This document shows, in pieces, positions 30,859-39,665 of a DNA stretch of 64,000 bases. Origin of the DNA: a bacterium. GTDB lineage: Bacteria; UBA8248. The DNA is taken from NCBI GenBank assembly GCA_965200245.1, contig CBDATS010000004.1, positions 1,280,001-1,344,000 of the forward strand, written 5' to 3'. The notes beneath the pieces are model-generated. The model ran no database searches, was not told the DNA's origin, and was given only the letters and a program-made list of their open reading frames with translations. The translations under genes were made by a program, and so were the position numbers. How positions within the stretch are numbered: position 1 is the stretch's first letter; the number at the start of each line of letters is the position of its first letter.

Positions 30859-32031
30859 TTGAGTCTTTTCACCGCTGATTTCGGTGACATCCGCTCGGGC
30901 AAGGTGGCGGACGTCTACTTCGAACGGACACTGCGGATTCTCGAGGCAAAGGACATCCGAAAAAACGTGCGCGCGGAATTCGCCGCCAAGTCGCTTCCTT
31001 CCGGCTGGGGCGTGTTCACGGGCCTGGAGGAAATCCTGCGCCTTCTCGAAGGATTCCCCGTAGACGTTCGCGCTGTGCCTGAGGGAACGGTTTTCCGGCC
31101 CTCCCAACCGGTTCTCGAGATTACGGGAACCTATAACGATTTTTGCAGGCTGGAGACCTCGGTCCTGGGGCTGATGTGCCAGGCGAGCGGAATCGCCACC
31201 AAGGCGGCGCGGTGCCGCATCGCAGCGGAGGGCAGGCAACTCGTAAGCTTCGGCGCGCGGAGGATGCACCCCGCGATCGCGCCGATGGTCGAGCGCGCGG
31301 CCTACGTTGGCGGCTGTGACGGTGTCGCCCTTGTCAGGGGAGCCGAGCTTCTCGAGATTCCGGCGGCGGGTACGATGCCCCACGCACTGGTGATTCTCCT
31401 GGGCGGCCTCGTGTCCGCGGCGAGGGCGTTCGATGAGGTTATCGAGCCGGAGGTGGGCCGCGTCGCGCTCGTGGACACGTTCGCCGATGAGCGGTTCGAG
31501 GCCTTGGCGGCAGCGCGCGCGCTGACAGACAGGCTCTCCGCCGTGCGCGTGGACACGCCGGCATCGAGGCGGGGAAACCTGCGCGAGATATTGGAAGAAA
31601 TCCGCTGGGAACTCGACCGGGCGGGTTTCCCGCATGTGAAGCTCTTTGTGAGCGGGGGGCTGGACGAGGAGAAGATTCTCGAACTCAACCCCGTGGTGGA
31701 CGGCGGCTACGGGGTGGGAACTTCCGTCAGCGCCGCTGCCACGATCGATTTCTCGATGGACATCGTCGAAGTGGATGGCGAGGCTATCGCCAAGCGCGGC
31801 AAACACCCCGGTGCAAAACACCTGCTGCGCTGCCGTGACTGCGGAGAGGAGCGTGTCATCCCCATCGACAGACCTTACGGGGATTGCGAATCCTGCGGCG
31901 GGGTGATGGAACAACTCCTCGCCAACGTCATGACGGGCGGCGACCGGACAGATGATGCGCCTTCGGCCAGGGAGATCAGAAGCTGCGTTTTGCGCCAGAT
32001 TCATCGCGTGAGCCTCGATTCATTCTCATGA
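30859..32031 (+). CDS. pncB: Nicotinate phosphoribosyltransferase
   Basis: DVYFERT, SFGARRMHP, GTMPHAL, LVDTF, VSGGLDE. Confidence 0.9.
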   Translation: MSLFTADFGDIRSGKVADVYFERTLRILEAKDIRKNVRAEFAAKSLPSGWGVFTGLEEILRLLEGFPVDVRAVPEGTVFRPSQPVLEITGTYNDFCRLETSVLGLMCQASGIATKAARCRIAAEGRQLVSFGARRMHPAIAPMVERAAYVGGCDGVALVRGAELLEIPAAGTMPHALVILLGGLVSAARAFDEVIEPEVGRVALVDTFADERFEALAAARALTDRLSAVRVDTPASRRGNLREILEEIRWELDRAGFPHVKLFVSGGLDEEKILELNPVVDGGYGVGTSVSAAATIDFSMDIVEVDGEAIAKRGKHPGAKHLLRCRDCGEERVIPIDRPYGDCESCGGVMEQLLANVMTGGDRTDDAPSAREIRSCVLRQIHRVSLDSFS

Positions 32032-32044
32032 GCACGAAGGCGGC

Positions 32045-33076
32045 ATGAGAATGGAGACGAAAGAAGGCCAGAGCCGCTTTCAGCCTCTAAGAGATTTTCT
32101 CGCAAGGCACGAGCACTTCCTGCTTCTCACCCACATCGGACCGGACGGCGACGGCCTGCTCGCATGCGTCGCGCTCAGCCGCTATCTCCGTGAGATCGGA
32201 AAAAACGCCACCGTCGTCACCGAGGGCAGTGTTCCCGCCTTTGTCGCGTCCTTCGACCCGGAAGGACTCGTGCGCTCGCAGGAAGATCTTCTCGCACAGA
32301 AAGACTGGGCGGAGCGCTTCGACGCGAGCCTCATTCTCGATACGGGCAAGGCAAGCCGCCTAGGCAGGCTGGAGGAGCCGCTCAGGGCCGCTGGGCTGCC
32401 TCTGGCCGTGGTGGATCACCACATCCGCGAGGAAGACAATATCGATTGCCCCTCCGTCATCGACGCAGAAGCTGCCGCGGTGGGCGAGATGATTGCCGAT
32501 TTCATGGAAGAAGAAGGATATCCATTCGACAATCCCCTCATCACGCGCGCGCTCATGGCGTGCCTGGTCTACGACACGGGCCAGTTCCGCTTCACAAATA
32601 CCACCAGGCGCACCCTGAACTGGGCGTCTCGTTTCGTGGAGCTCGGCGCGAACCCCGGGGAAGCCTACTCTATCTTCTGGGAGTCGAACGGCGCGGGTTC
32701 GGTAAAGCTGCTCGGCGAGTTGATGAACCGCATGACGCTCGACTGCGGGGGGCGCCTCGTATGGTTCACGATGAGTGCCGGGGATCTGAGGCGCTACGGG
32801 GTCTCGCGCGATGAGACGGAGGAATACATATCGGTTCCCCGCTCCATAGAGTCCGTAGAGGTCGTCGCCTTTTTGTCCGAACTCGAGAACGGGCGAATCC
32901 GCGTAAGCCTGCGCTCGAAGGGCCGGGTGGAGATTCACGACGTGGCACGCATGTTCGGCGGCGGCGGCCACGCCTTCGCCGCGGGCGCGCGCATGCGGCC
33001 CCCTCTCGATGAGGCGGCGAGGCTCGTCACTGCCGCGCTCGCCGAGAAGATACGGGACGTTCTCGGTCCCGACTAG
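32045..33076 (+). CDS. nrnA: DHH/DHHA1 phosphoesterase (NrnA-like)
   Basis: THIGPDGDG, VDHH, DTGQF, SLRS, GGGGHAFAAG. Confidence 0.88.
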   Translation: MRMETKEGQSRFQPLRDFLARHEHFLLLTHIGPDGDGLLACVALSRYLREIGKNATVVTEGSVPAFVASFDPEGLVRSQEDLLAQKDWAERFDASLILDTGKASRLGRLEEPLRAAGLPLAVVDHHIREEDNIDCPSVIDAEAAAVGEMIADFMEEEGYPFDNPLITRALMACLVYDTGQFRFTNTTRRTLNWASRFVELGANPGEAYSIFWESNGAGSVKLLGELMNRMTLDCGGRLVWFTMSAGDLRRYGVSRDETEEYISVPRSIESVEVVAFLSELENGRIRVSLRSKGRVEIHDVARMFGGGGHAFAAGARMRPPLDEAARLVTAALAEKIRDVLGPD

Positions 33077-33084
33077 AACTGCGC

Positions 33085-33462
33085 CTAGACGCCGAACTCC
33101 TTGAACACACGCAGAGACTCATCCGTCGCGCCCACGGCGTTGGGAGCGCCTGCGTATATTGCGCACACCATGATGATCTCCTGAATCTCTTCTTTCGTCA
33201 TGCCGATGCGAAGCGCCGCCTTTGCGTGATAGCCGAACTCCCTGTCCCGTCCCAGGGCACACAGGACGGAGAGAATGACGGTTTCACGCATCTTGTCGTC
33301 AATGCCGTCACGCGCGTAGAGATCGCCGTACACGGTTTCGGTCACGAACTGGGCGAACGCGGGGCTCGCCTCCGCGAAAGCCTGGCGCCTCTCCTCTCCT
33401 TCTTCGCCAAAGATTCTCGCGCGGGTTCTGAGTCCTCTTTCGAGGCGTGATTCTTCGTTCAT
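33085..33462 (-). CDS. Carboxymuconolactone decarboxylase family protein
   Basis: YGDLYARDG, HAKAALRIGMTKEEIQE, IYAGAP; start at ATG 33462. Confidence 0.85.
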   Translation of the reverse strand: MNEESRLERGLRTRARIFGEEGEERRQAFAEASPAFAQFVTETVYGDLYARDGIDDKMRETVILSVLCALGRDREFGYHAKAALRIGMTKEEIQEIIMVCAIYAGAPNAVGATDESLRVFKEFGV

Positions 33463-33620
33463 CAAAACGACCTCCTGTCTGGGGACGGGCGACACACCCG
33501 TCCGGAAAATGCGGGCGGCCCCATACGGGCGCACACGGTGGTTTTGCCGGGACGCTTCTTGGAGCTTATATTGAATAACGTATACAGGAGCGCATTTCCA
33601 CGCCGTCAGGGAGATTCGAC

Positions 33621-33872
33621 GTGAAACTGGACGCCGTGAAATTCGGTCTGGCCGCAGGCATCATCTACGGGGCCCTGTTTTTCCTGTACGCTCTGTTGGG
33701 CGCGCTGTTCGGCGTCGGCGGGGAAATGCTGAAAGTGATAGGCGATTTTCATCCAGGCGTTTCCCCCACCTATCCGGGAGCGATCATCGGCGCGGCCTGG
33801 GGATTCGCGATAGGTTTTCTTTTCTTCGCAGTACTGGCGTGGATATACAACCGCCTGCTGGGCAGGGAGTAG
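33621..33872 (+). CDS. Small two-TM membrane protein (holin-like/DUF family)
   Basis: MKLDAVKFGLAAG ... GAIIGAAWGFAIG ... AWIYN. Confidence 0.65.
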   Translation: MKLDAVKFGLAAGIIYGALFFLYALLGALFGVGGEMLKVIGDFHPGVSPTYPGAIIGAAWGFAIGFLFFAVLAWIYNRLLGRE

Positions 33873-34132
33873 CGACTTCCTGGCGGGGCCGTCGAAAAAA
33901 TCCGGGAATTGTATACTTGAATCCACAAGCCTGAACACCTGAATTCAAGAAAACGGACCCTTCGGCCACCGTTTTCCCGGGAGAAAGCCCGTTCCTCACC
34001 GCAAAAACGAGAAAAACGTCAAAAAACTTCTTGCTTTCCCACCGGAATATCCCATACCTAGTTCATGATAACGATGCAAAAAGGCGTAGTGGATATGAAC
34101 CCATCCTCATTTCTCCAGGAAAGGAACCCAGA

Positions 34133-34399
34133 ATGAAATCTGCTGCCGAGATGCGCGAGCACCTGATCGAGAAGGCTAGCGACAGTGAGGAGTTCCGTGC
34201 CCGTCTTATCTCCGATCCGAAGGCCGTGATATCGGAGGAGTTAGGAGTAGCGATGCCGGAGAATTTCAACCTGCATGTGATGGAGGACGACGCCGAGAAC
34301 AGCTATCTCGTCCTTCCGCCTGCGTCCCAGCTCACCGAGGAAGATCTGGAAGCCGCTCAAGGCGCATTTTATCATGAAGATGGAACTCCGTGGGTCTGA
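34133..34399 (+). CDS. NHLP (nitrile hydratase leader) RiPP precursor 1; predicted core FYHEDGTPWV
   Basis: AAGGA RBS, ATG 34133; leader KA..DEEFRARLISDPKAVI..ELG..P...LHVMED....YLVLPP, then LTEEDLEAAQGA cleavage motif. Confidence 0.9.
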   Translation: MKSAAEMREHLIEKASDSEEFRARLISDPKAVISEELGVAMPENFNLHVMEDDAENSYLVLPPASQLTEEDLEAAQGAFYHEDGTPWV

Positions 34400-34600
34400 T
34401 CTGTGTGATGAGGAACAGCCGGAAACCGTTCCCGGCGGATATTTGCAGAATTGAGGTCGTGATCCCTGTACGAAAAAAGCTGACACGAACATACGCGAAC
34501 CTACAATGGAAACAGATTCAACCTTCAGGTCTCGGTGGCCTGCAGGGTTTCTCAGGGTGTTGTTGCCCTGAATGCCGGTTGTCAAAAAGGAGACGGGAAA

Positions 34601-34882
34601 ATGGCTGGCGAGTTCCAGGCCGTGGACGAATTTCATGATTATCTGCGCAACAGGGCGGTAGAGGACGAGGCGTTCAGGGCCCGCCTGCTGTCCGATCCCA
34701 GGATGGTGATAGAAGAAGAGCTGGACATGACCATTCCGGAAGGCTTCAGCATCGAGGTGCACGAGGACACGGCCGCGACCGCTCACCTGGTGCTTCCGCC
34801 TTCGGCAGTGCTCGCCGAAGAGGACCTGCAAGCCGTCAGCGGGGGCGATATGGACTGGTGCACGTCATCGGGGGCGGTATGA
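34601..34882 (+). CDS. NHLP RiPP precursor 2; predicted core DMDWCTSSGAV
   Basis: AAGGAG RBS, ATG 34601; RAVEDEAFRARLLSDP...VHEDTAATAHLVLPP...LAEEDLQAVSGG double-Gly site. Confidence 0.9.
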   Translation: MAGEFQAVDEFHDYLRNRAVEDEAFRARLLSDPRMVIEEELDMTIPEGFSIEVHEDTAATAHLVLPPSAVLAEEDLQAVSGGDMDWCTSSGAV

Positions 34883-34946
34883 GCTGGCGCAGTCCCATCT
34901 AAATGACCAGCGGTCACGACTGAATCGAAAGCAGGGACACACGCAC

Positions 34947-36128
34947 TTGTCTGACGGATTTCAGTTTCGCCAGCAACAGCGCGATAGCCTGTCCTTCGGG
35001 AGTTTTCTCGCAGGAATGAGGCAAATGTTTCCGTCGGCCCTGTTGAGCGGCGGAGGGTGGGAACGTATTCAGGTCATGGCGGAACGGCTGCCTGTTGATG
35101 TGATCGACCAGCCGTTCGGTTTCGAGTTTGATCTTGACCGAGAATCGGCCAAGGCTGACTTCTGTGTATGCCCGGCGAGCGGCTTCGCCCTTGCCGGGCA
35201 CTACATTCGTGAGGGGGCCGAGGCACCAGAAGGTTCTGCCGCGGCTGCCCTTGGTGCTTGTCTTGCCCGAGATGAGGACGACCCCGTTTCGTTTCTGTCA
35301 CGCAGAGACGGTGGTATTATTCTTGAGTACGACGTGCCGGATGTGCTCCCGGAGGAGCCGGCAGTTCCGGGTGTCTTCTTCGTGCCCCGTGCCAAGACTG
35401 CAAGTGCTGCCCGGAAGCTCCACGACGATCCATCGGAAACCGTGGCCGCACTTTGGGATGTGGCCGCCTGGCGCGCTGACGCCGAGGAACTGCGCTAGGT
35501 CCAACGGGTATACGAGGCTCTCTCCGGTGCCAGTTACTTTGTTCAGGCGGGCGTGTTACCGGGGCGGCAGCAGCGCGCGGTGCGTCTGGCAGTGCATCGT
35601 ATAGACACCGCCGAACTTCCCGGTCTGCTCGAACAACTGCGCTGGCCGGGCTCTCCTGACGCGGTTATGTCAGTAATCGCGGATACGGAAGACCTTACCC
35701 AACCCGGTAGCGTGCTCAGTCTTGATGCCGCCGCGAGCGGCATTTCGCCGCGCGTGGGGCTGGAATTGTTTCGTTCCGTGGAGAGGGCTCGCGTCGACCA
35801 TGCAGGTTGGCAGCCGATGATCAATCGGTTGGCGGACAGGTCGTGTTGTGTGCCTGCGAAGGCCGAGGGCCTGCGCGCGTGGCCGCGTGCCGAGCGGTTG
35901 CTCGGCCCCGGTGGCGTCTATCGGCTTCATTTGACCATCAGCCACATCAAGGTGAGCTTTCCGGGTTTCGCGCCGCGCTTGTCGGCATCTCATGTGCCGA
36001 TCAGACGTCCGCCTCGCCTGGGTGAGCACACCAGTGAACTGTTGGGCACCGAACTCGCGTTGGACGATGCGCAGATCGATGCACTGCGAGACGCCGGGGT
36101 GATCGGCGGCCCGCCGCCATCCGATTGA
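34947..36128 (+). pseudogene. Putative RiPP maturase (prenyltransferase-like, inferred), interrupted by in-frame TAG and fused to a class III CoA-transferase tail
   Basis: ORFs 34947..35498 and 35553..36128 share one frame across TAG 35496-35498. Motifs FGFEFDL, ILEYD, PRVGLE, SHIKV; last ~55 aa match CaiB-type C-termini. Confidence 0.6.
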
Positions 36129-36153
36129 CTTCCCAGACGCCTGGAGGAGGGAT

Positions 36154-37369
36154 ATGCCGGCACTGGATGGAATGAAAGTCCTCGACATGACCCAGTACGA
36201 GGCGGGCCCAGCGTGCACGCAACTCCTGGCGTGGTTCGGGGCGGAGGTAGTCAAGGTCGAGTCTCCCGAACGAGGCGATGGAGCCCGCGTTTTCTCCCGG
36301 GGGGGGCGGCTCCAAAGGTTACGCAGCTTTCTTCTGCGCCTGGAACGCGAACAAGCGCAGCCTGGCGGTGGACCTCCGCAGCCGGCAGGGTCGGGATCTG
36401 TTTCTGCGTTTGGTACCGCTGTTCGATGTCCTGGTGGAAAACTACGGACCCGGCGTAGTCGAACGATTCGACATCGGCTACGAAAGGCTCAGCGCCATCA
36501 ACCCGGGCCTGATCTGCGCCCGGATCAAGGGCTTCGGTGTCAGTGGCCCCTATTCAGGTTTCCCCAGCGTCGATCCGACGGCGCAAGCGGCCGCGGGGGC
36601 GTTCTCTGTCAACGGCGAGGCGGCCGGGCCGCCGATGATGCCGGGTCCGCTGATGGCTGATTCGGGCACCGGTCTACAGGCGGCGATGGCAGTGCTGGCG
36701 GCTTGGGCGCAGAAGCAGCGGACAGGTGAAGGGCAACTGGTCGAGTTGTCGATGCAGGAGTCGGTAACATACTACCTGCGCTCCCACTTCTTCCGCGCAA
36801 GGGACAGAACGCGGGCGGCGCCGCGCACTGGCAACGTATACGGCCTGCCGCCGGCTGGTCTATATCCGTGCAAACCGTTCGGCGCCAATGACTACATCTA
36901 CCTTCAACCTCTCACCGATGCCCACTGGGACGCTCTGTGCAAGGCCATGGATCGTGACGACATGCGCACCGATCCGCGCTTCTACAGCCAGCGCTGGCGC
37001 CTGCAGAACGCTGACGCGCTGCGCGAAGAGATCGGCGCCTGGGCTGCCGAACGTACCAAATACGAGGCCATGGAGACCATCGCCGGCGCCGGCGTGCCCT
37101 GTTCCGCATGTCTGGATACGATCGATCTGCACCGGGACCGCCACCTGACCGCGCGCGGTTTCATCCACGAACTGGATCTACCGGTGCATGGAAAGGTGCG
37201 AATGCTGGGATTCGCTCCGGGGCCTTCGACATCGTGCGTCACAATGAAGCGCCCGCCCCGCCTCGGCGAGCATACCGACGAAGTACTCAACGAGGAGCTG
37301 GACCTGAGCGACGCGGAACTCAAGGCGCTGCACGACGCTGGTGTCATCCGGAACGCCGCTCGTCAGTAA
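36154..37369 (+). pseudogene. Formyl-CoA transferase-like class III CoA-transferase with +1 frameshift
   Basis: N-terminus ([21 protein letters not shown]) and remainder ([28 protein letters not shown]) are in different frames joined at a G8 run, 36299-36306. Confidence 0.85.
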
Positions 37370-37400
37370 CGGACGGGTTGCCCCCCCGCCAGGTGCACCG

Positions 37401-37640
37401 TTAAGTTATCTGGCGACGCGTCAGGTCGCGAAAGACGCCCGGCATATCGATCAGTTCCGCAAAGGTCCCTTTCCTGCGCCACCCGCCCCTCGTCGAGCAG
37501 GTAGATTCGGTCCACCTTGTGGATAGTGGACAGCCGATGGGCAATGACGATGCGGATGACGGCAAGTTGCTCGATCTGCGCATGATCTCTGCCTGGATGT
37601 TGTTGTCGAGGGAACTGGTGGTCTCGTAGAGCAGCACAGC
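37401..37640 (-). pseudogene. Remnant of an ABC exporter ATPase C-terminus
   Basis: Across frameshifts: LLYETTSSLDNNIQ (degenerate Walker B/D-loop), RIVIAHRLSTI..DRIYLLDEGRV, GTFAELI..PGVFRDLTRRQI. Confidence 0.8.
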
Positions 37641-37846
37641 GCGGCTGTGCTCCAGGCTGGCCAGCGGTGGGCAGGATCGAGGCCATCTGGCGTCGTTGGG
37701 GTATTGCAGTGGAATGCGAAACCGCCAGCATAAACCCGTGGGCTTCGTGGGGCAAAATCCGCACTGCTTCTGAGCGGGCCGGACTATGAAGTATGCAATT
37801 TTCGGTTGCGATTGGCGATATTGACACCTTTGATCTATGATCCAGA

Positions 37847-39223
37847 TTGGGTTCGACCTTGATTGGGCGGCCCTGTCCTGTCAACCTGCGACAGGTGGAA
37901 AAAGTGACTAAATTCGACCGTATTCCTGGCGTGAGCACAAATCGGAAAGACCTTGAGGCGCGATCGTGGGACTTCGGGCGAATGACCCGCAGGATTCCAG
38001 AAGCTGTGACCACGCCGACAACCACCGAGGAAGTGGCCGGGTTCGTGCGCCGGGCGGCCAGAGACGATTTTCAGTTGACTGTTCGAGGGGGAGGTCACTC
38101 CCAGGGTGGACAGAGCCTCACGAACCGGGACCTGATGCTGGACATGAAGGATCTCAATCGCGTCGAACTCCAAGGGACGGAATTCGTACGCGCGCAAGGC
38201 GGTGCACAGTGGGGCAAAGTAGTAGACACGCTGCGCAGTACGCGGCGGCTACCACCGGTACTCAATGACATCGGCGAAGTGACCGTGGGCGGAACGCTGT
38301 CCGCCGGAGGGTTGGGTACCACGTCGCACCGCTACGGGGCGCAGGTCGGACAGGTCGAACAACTCGAGGTGGTGACTGGAACTGGCGAGCGGACACTGTG
38401 CTCGGCGACCCAAAACAAAGAACTCTTCGACGCGGTGAGAGGCGGCCAGGGACAGTTCGGCATTATCACTGAGGCGTGGATCCGGCTGAGACCAGTCGGA
38501 AGCCGGGTTCGCCTGTACGAGCTCCGCTACCTCGACCTCGATCGGTTCGCCAGTGACCTTGAGCAGTTCGCCGCCGGCGACCGCTTCGATCATTTGCGGG
38601 GAGAGGCTAGGGTCCACGAGGGTGAGTTCTTCCTCCACGCCGGTATCGAGTACGACGAGAACCTCGAAGACGCGAAAGCACTGGAAGGATTGCGATTCGA
38701 CGAGGTTGCATCGACAATAGATACGGCGGAAGTCGGACGTGGACTGATATTTCCAACATCAATGTTTTATTGGAAACATCGCCATCCGTGGCGGGACTGG
38801 TTCATGCCATGGGAAACCCTGCGGACGCTGCTCGCCCAACCGTGGCTGGATCACGACTTGTTGCCTCCCGGGCACGGGACCTGGATCGGTGTGTACCCGG
38901 TCAGGACGACGGCAATCAACGCTCCACACTTCATGCATCCGCCGGGGAAACGCATGATTTCTTACTCAATCCTTACTGTAGTAGATGAGAGGGATTTAAT
39001 GCGTGCGTATCGGCTGGTGAGCAAACTGGACGAGATCGATAAGACTCTCGTCGGACTCGGTGGCAAGAGCTATCTTTCAGGTGGTGTGCGTTACGGGCCC
39101 ACGCAGTGGGCGCAGCACTATGAAGACATGCTAACGAGGGCCATTGGATGGAAGCGGGAATTCGATCCCTTGCAGGTATTTCATAGCAACGGTATGCCGT
39201 TCGGCAATGACAGGTCGTCTTGA
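37847..39223 (+). CDS. FAD-linked oxidoreductase, VAO/BBE superfamily (cytokinin dehydrogenase-like)
   Basis: VRGGGHSQGGQS, TVGGTLSAGG, GGQGQFGIIT, HPW, KREFDP; true start probably a later GTG such as 37931. Confidence 0.85.
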   Translation: MGSTLIGRPCPVNLRQVEKVTKFDRIPGVSTNRKDLEARSWDFGRMTRRIPEAVTTPTTTEEVAGFVRRAARDDFQLTVRGGGHSQGGQSLTNRDLMLDMKDLNRVELQGTEFVRAQGGAQWGKVVDTLRSTRRLPPVLNDIGEVTVGGTLSAGGLGTTSHRYGAQVGQVEQLEVVTGTGERTLCSATQNKELFDAVRGGQGQFGIITEAWIRLRPVGSRVRLYELRYLDLDRFASDLEQFAAGDRFDHLRGEARVHEGEFFLHAGIEYDENLEDAKALEGLRFDEVASTIDTAEVGRGLIFPTSMFYWKHRHPWRDWFMPWETLRTLLAQPWLDHDLLPPGHGTWIGVYPVRTTAINAPHFMHPPGKRMISYSILTVVDERDLMRAYRLVSKLDEIDKTLVGLGGKSYLSGGVRYGPTQWAQHYEDMLTRAIGWKREFDPLQVFHSNGMPFGNDRSS

Positions 39224-39665
39224 GAGTCTGTTTCATACCAAACCAACAAACCAATCATCCACCAGTGTTTGTGGCTGGGTTCACTGTTGCCTGGTGTCGT
39301 CTCCGGGGGATGCCGTGCGGTTGATTGGTGAAGTCCTTCCAGACCTCGCCGCCAGTGACCTAGACCTCATGTGTTGTTCCTTGGCTTTATAGGTTTTGTG
39401 GTGGTCGGCCTGGGTTTTGTGATTTTTCAACTCGTCATACGAAGTGAGATCGGAGAAGTGCGATGTAATGCCCCCACGGTTTGTTTTATTGGAATGGCCG
39501 CGACGCGCCCTACCCTCCCCCATATGTCCACAGACAGAAAACTTGATCGCGATCACGACCGAACCTTGGCCTAAATCGTCTGGCCCGTCCGTTACGGTAA
39601 CCAAGTCAGACAAGGGGTTGTCCACATTGTCTGCATCGACAAAACGACACCGGCGGCTGCCACGT

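Noticed and set aside
33880-33886. CTGGCGG as an att repeat of the tRNA-Ser 3' end
   Set aside because: Only 7 bp in a GC-rich sequence; expected by chance.
39222-39660. GAGAGTCTGTTTCA as an IS terminal repeat, with nearby short ORFs as transposase remnants
   Set aside because: No partner inverted repeat and no DDE transposase motifs found.
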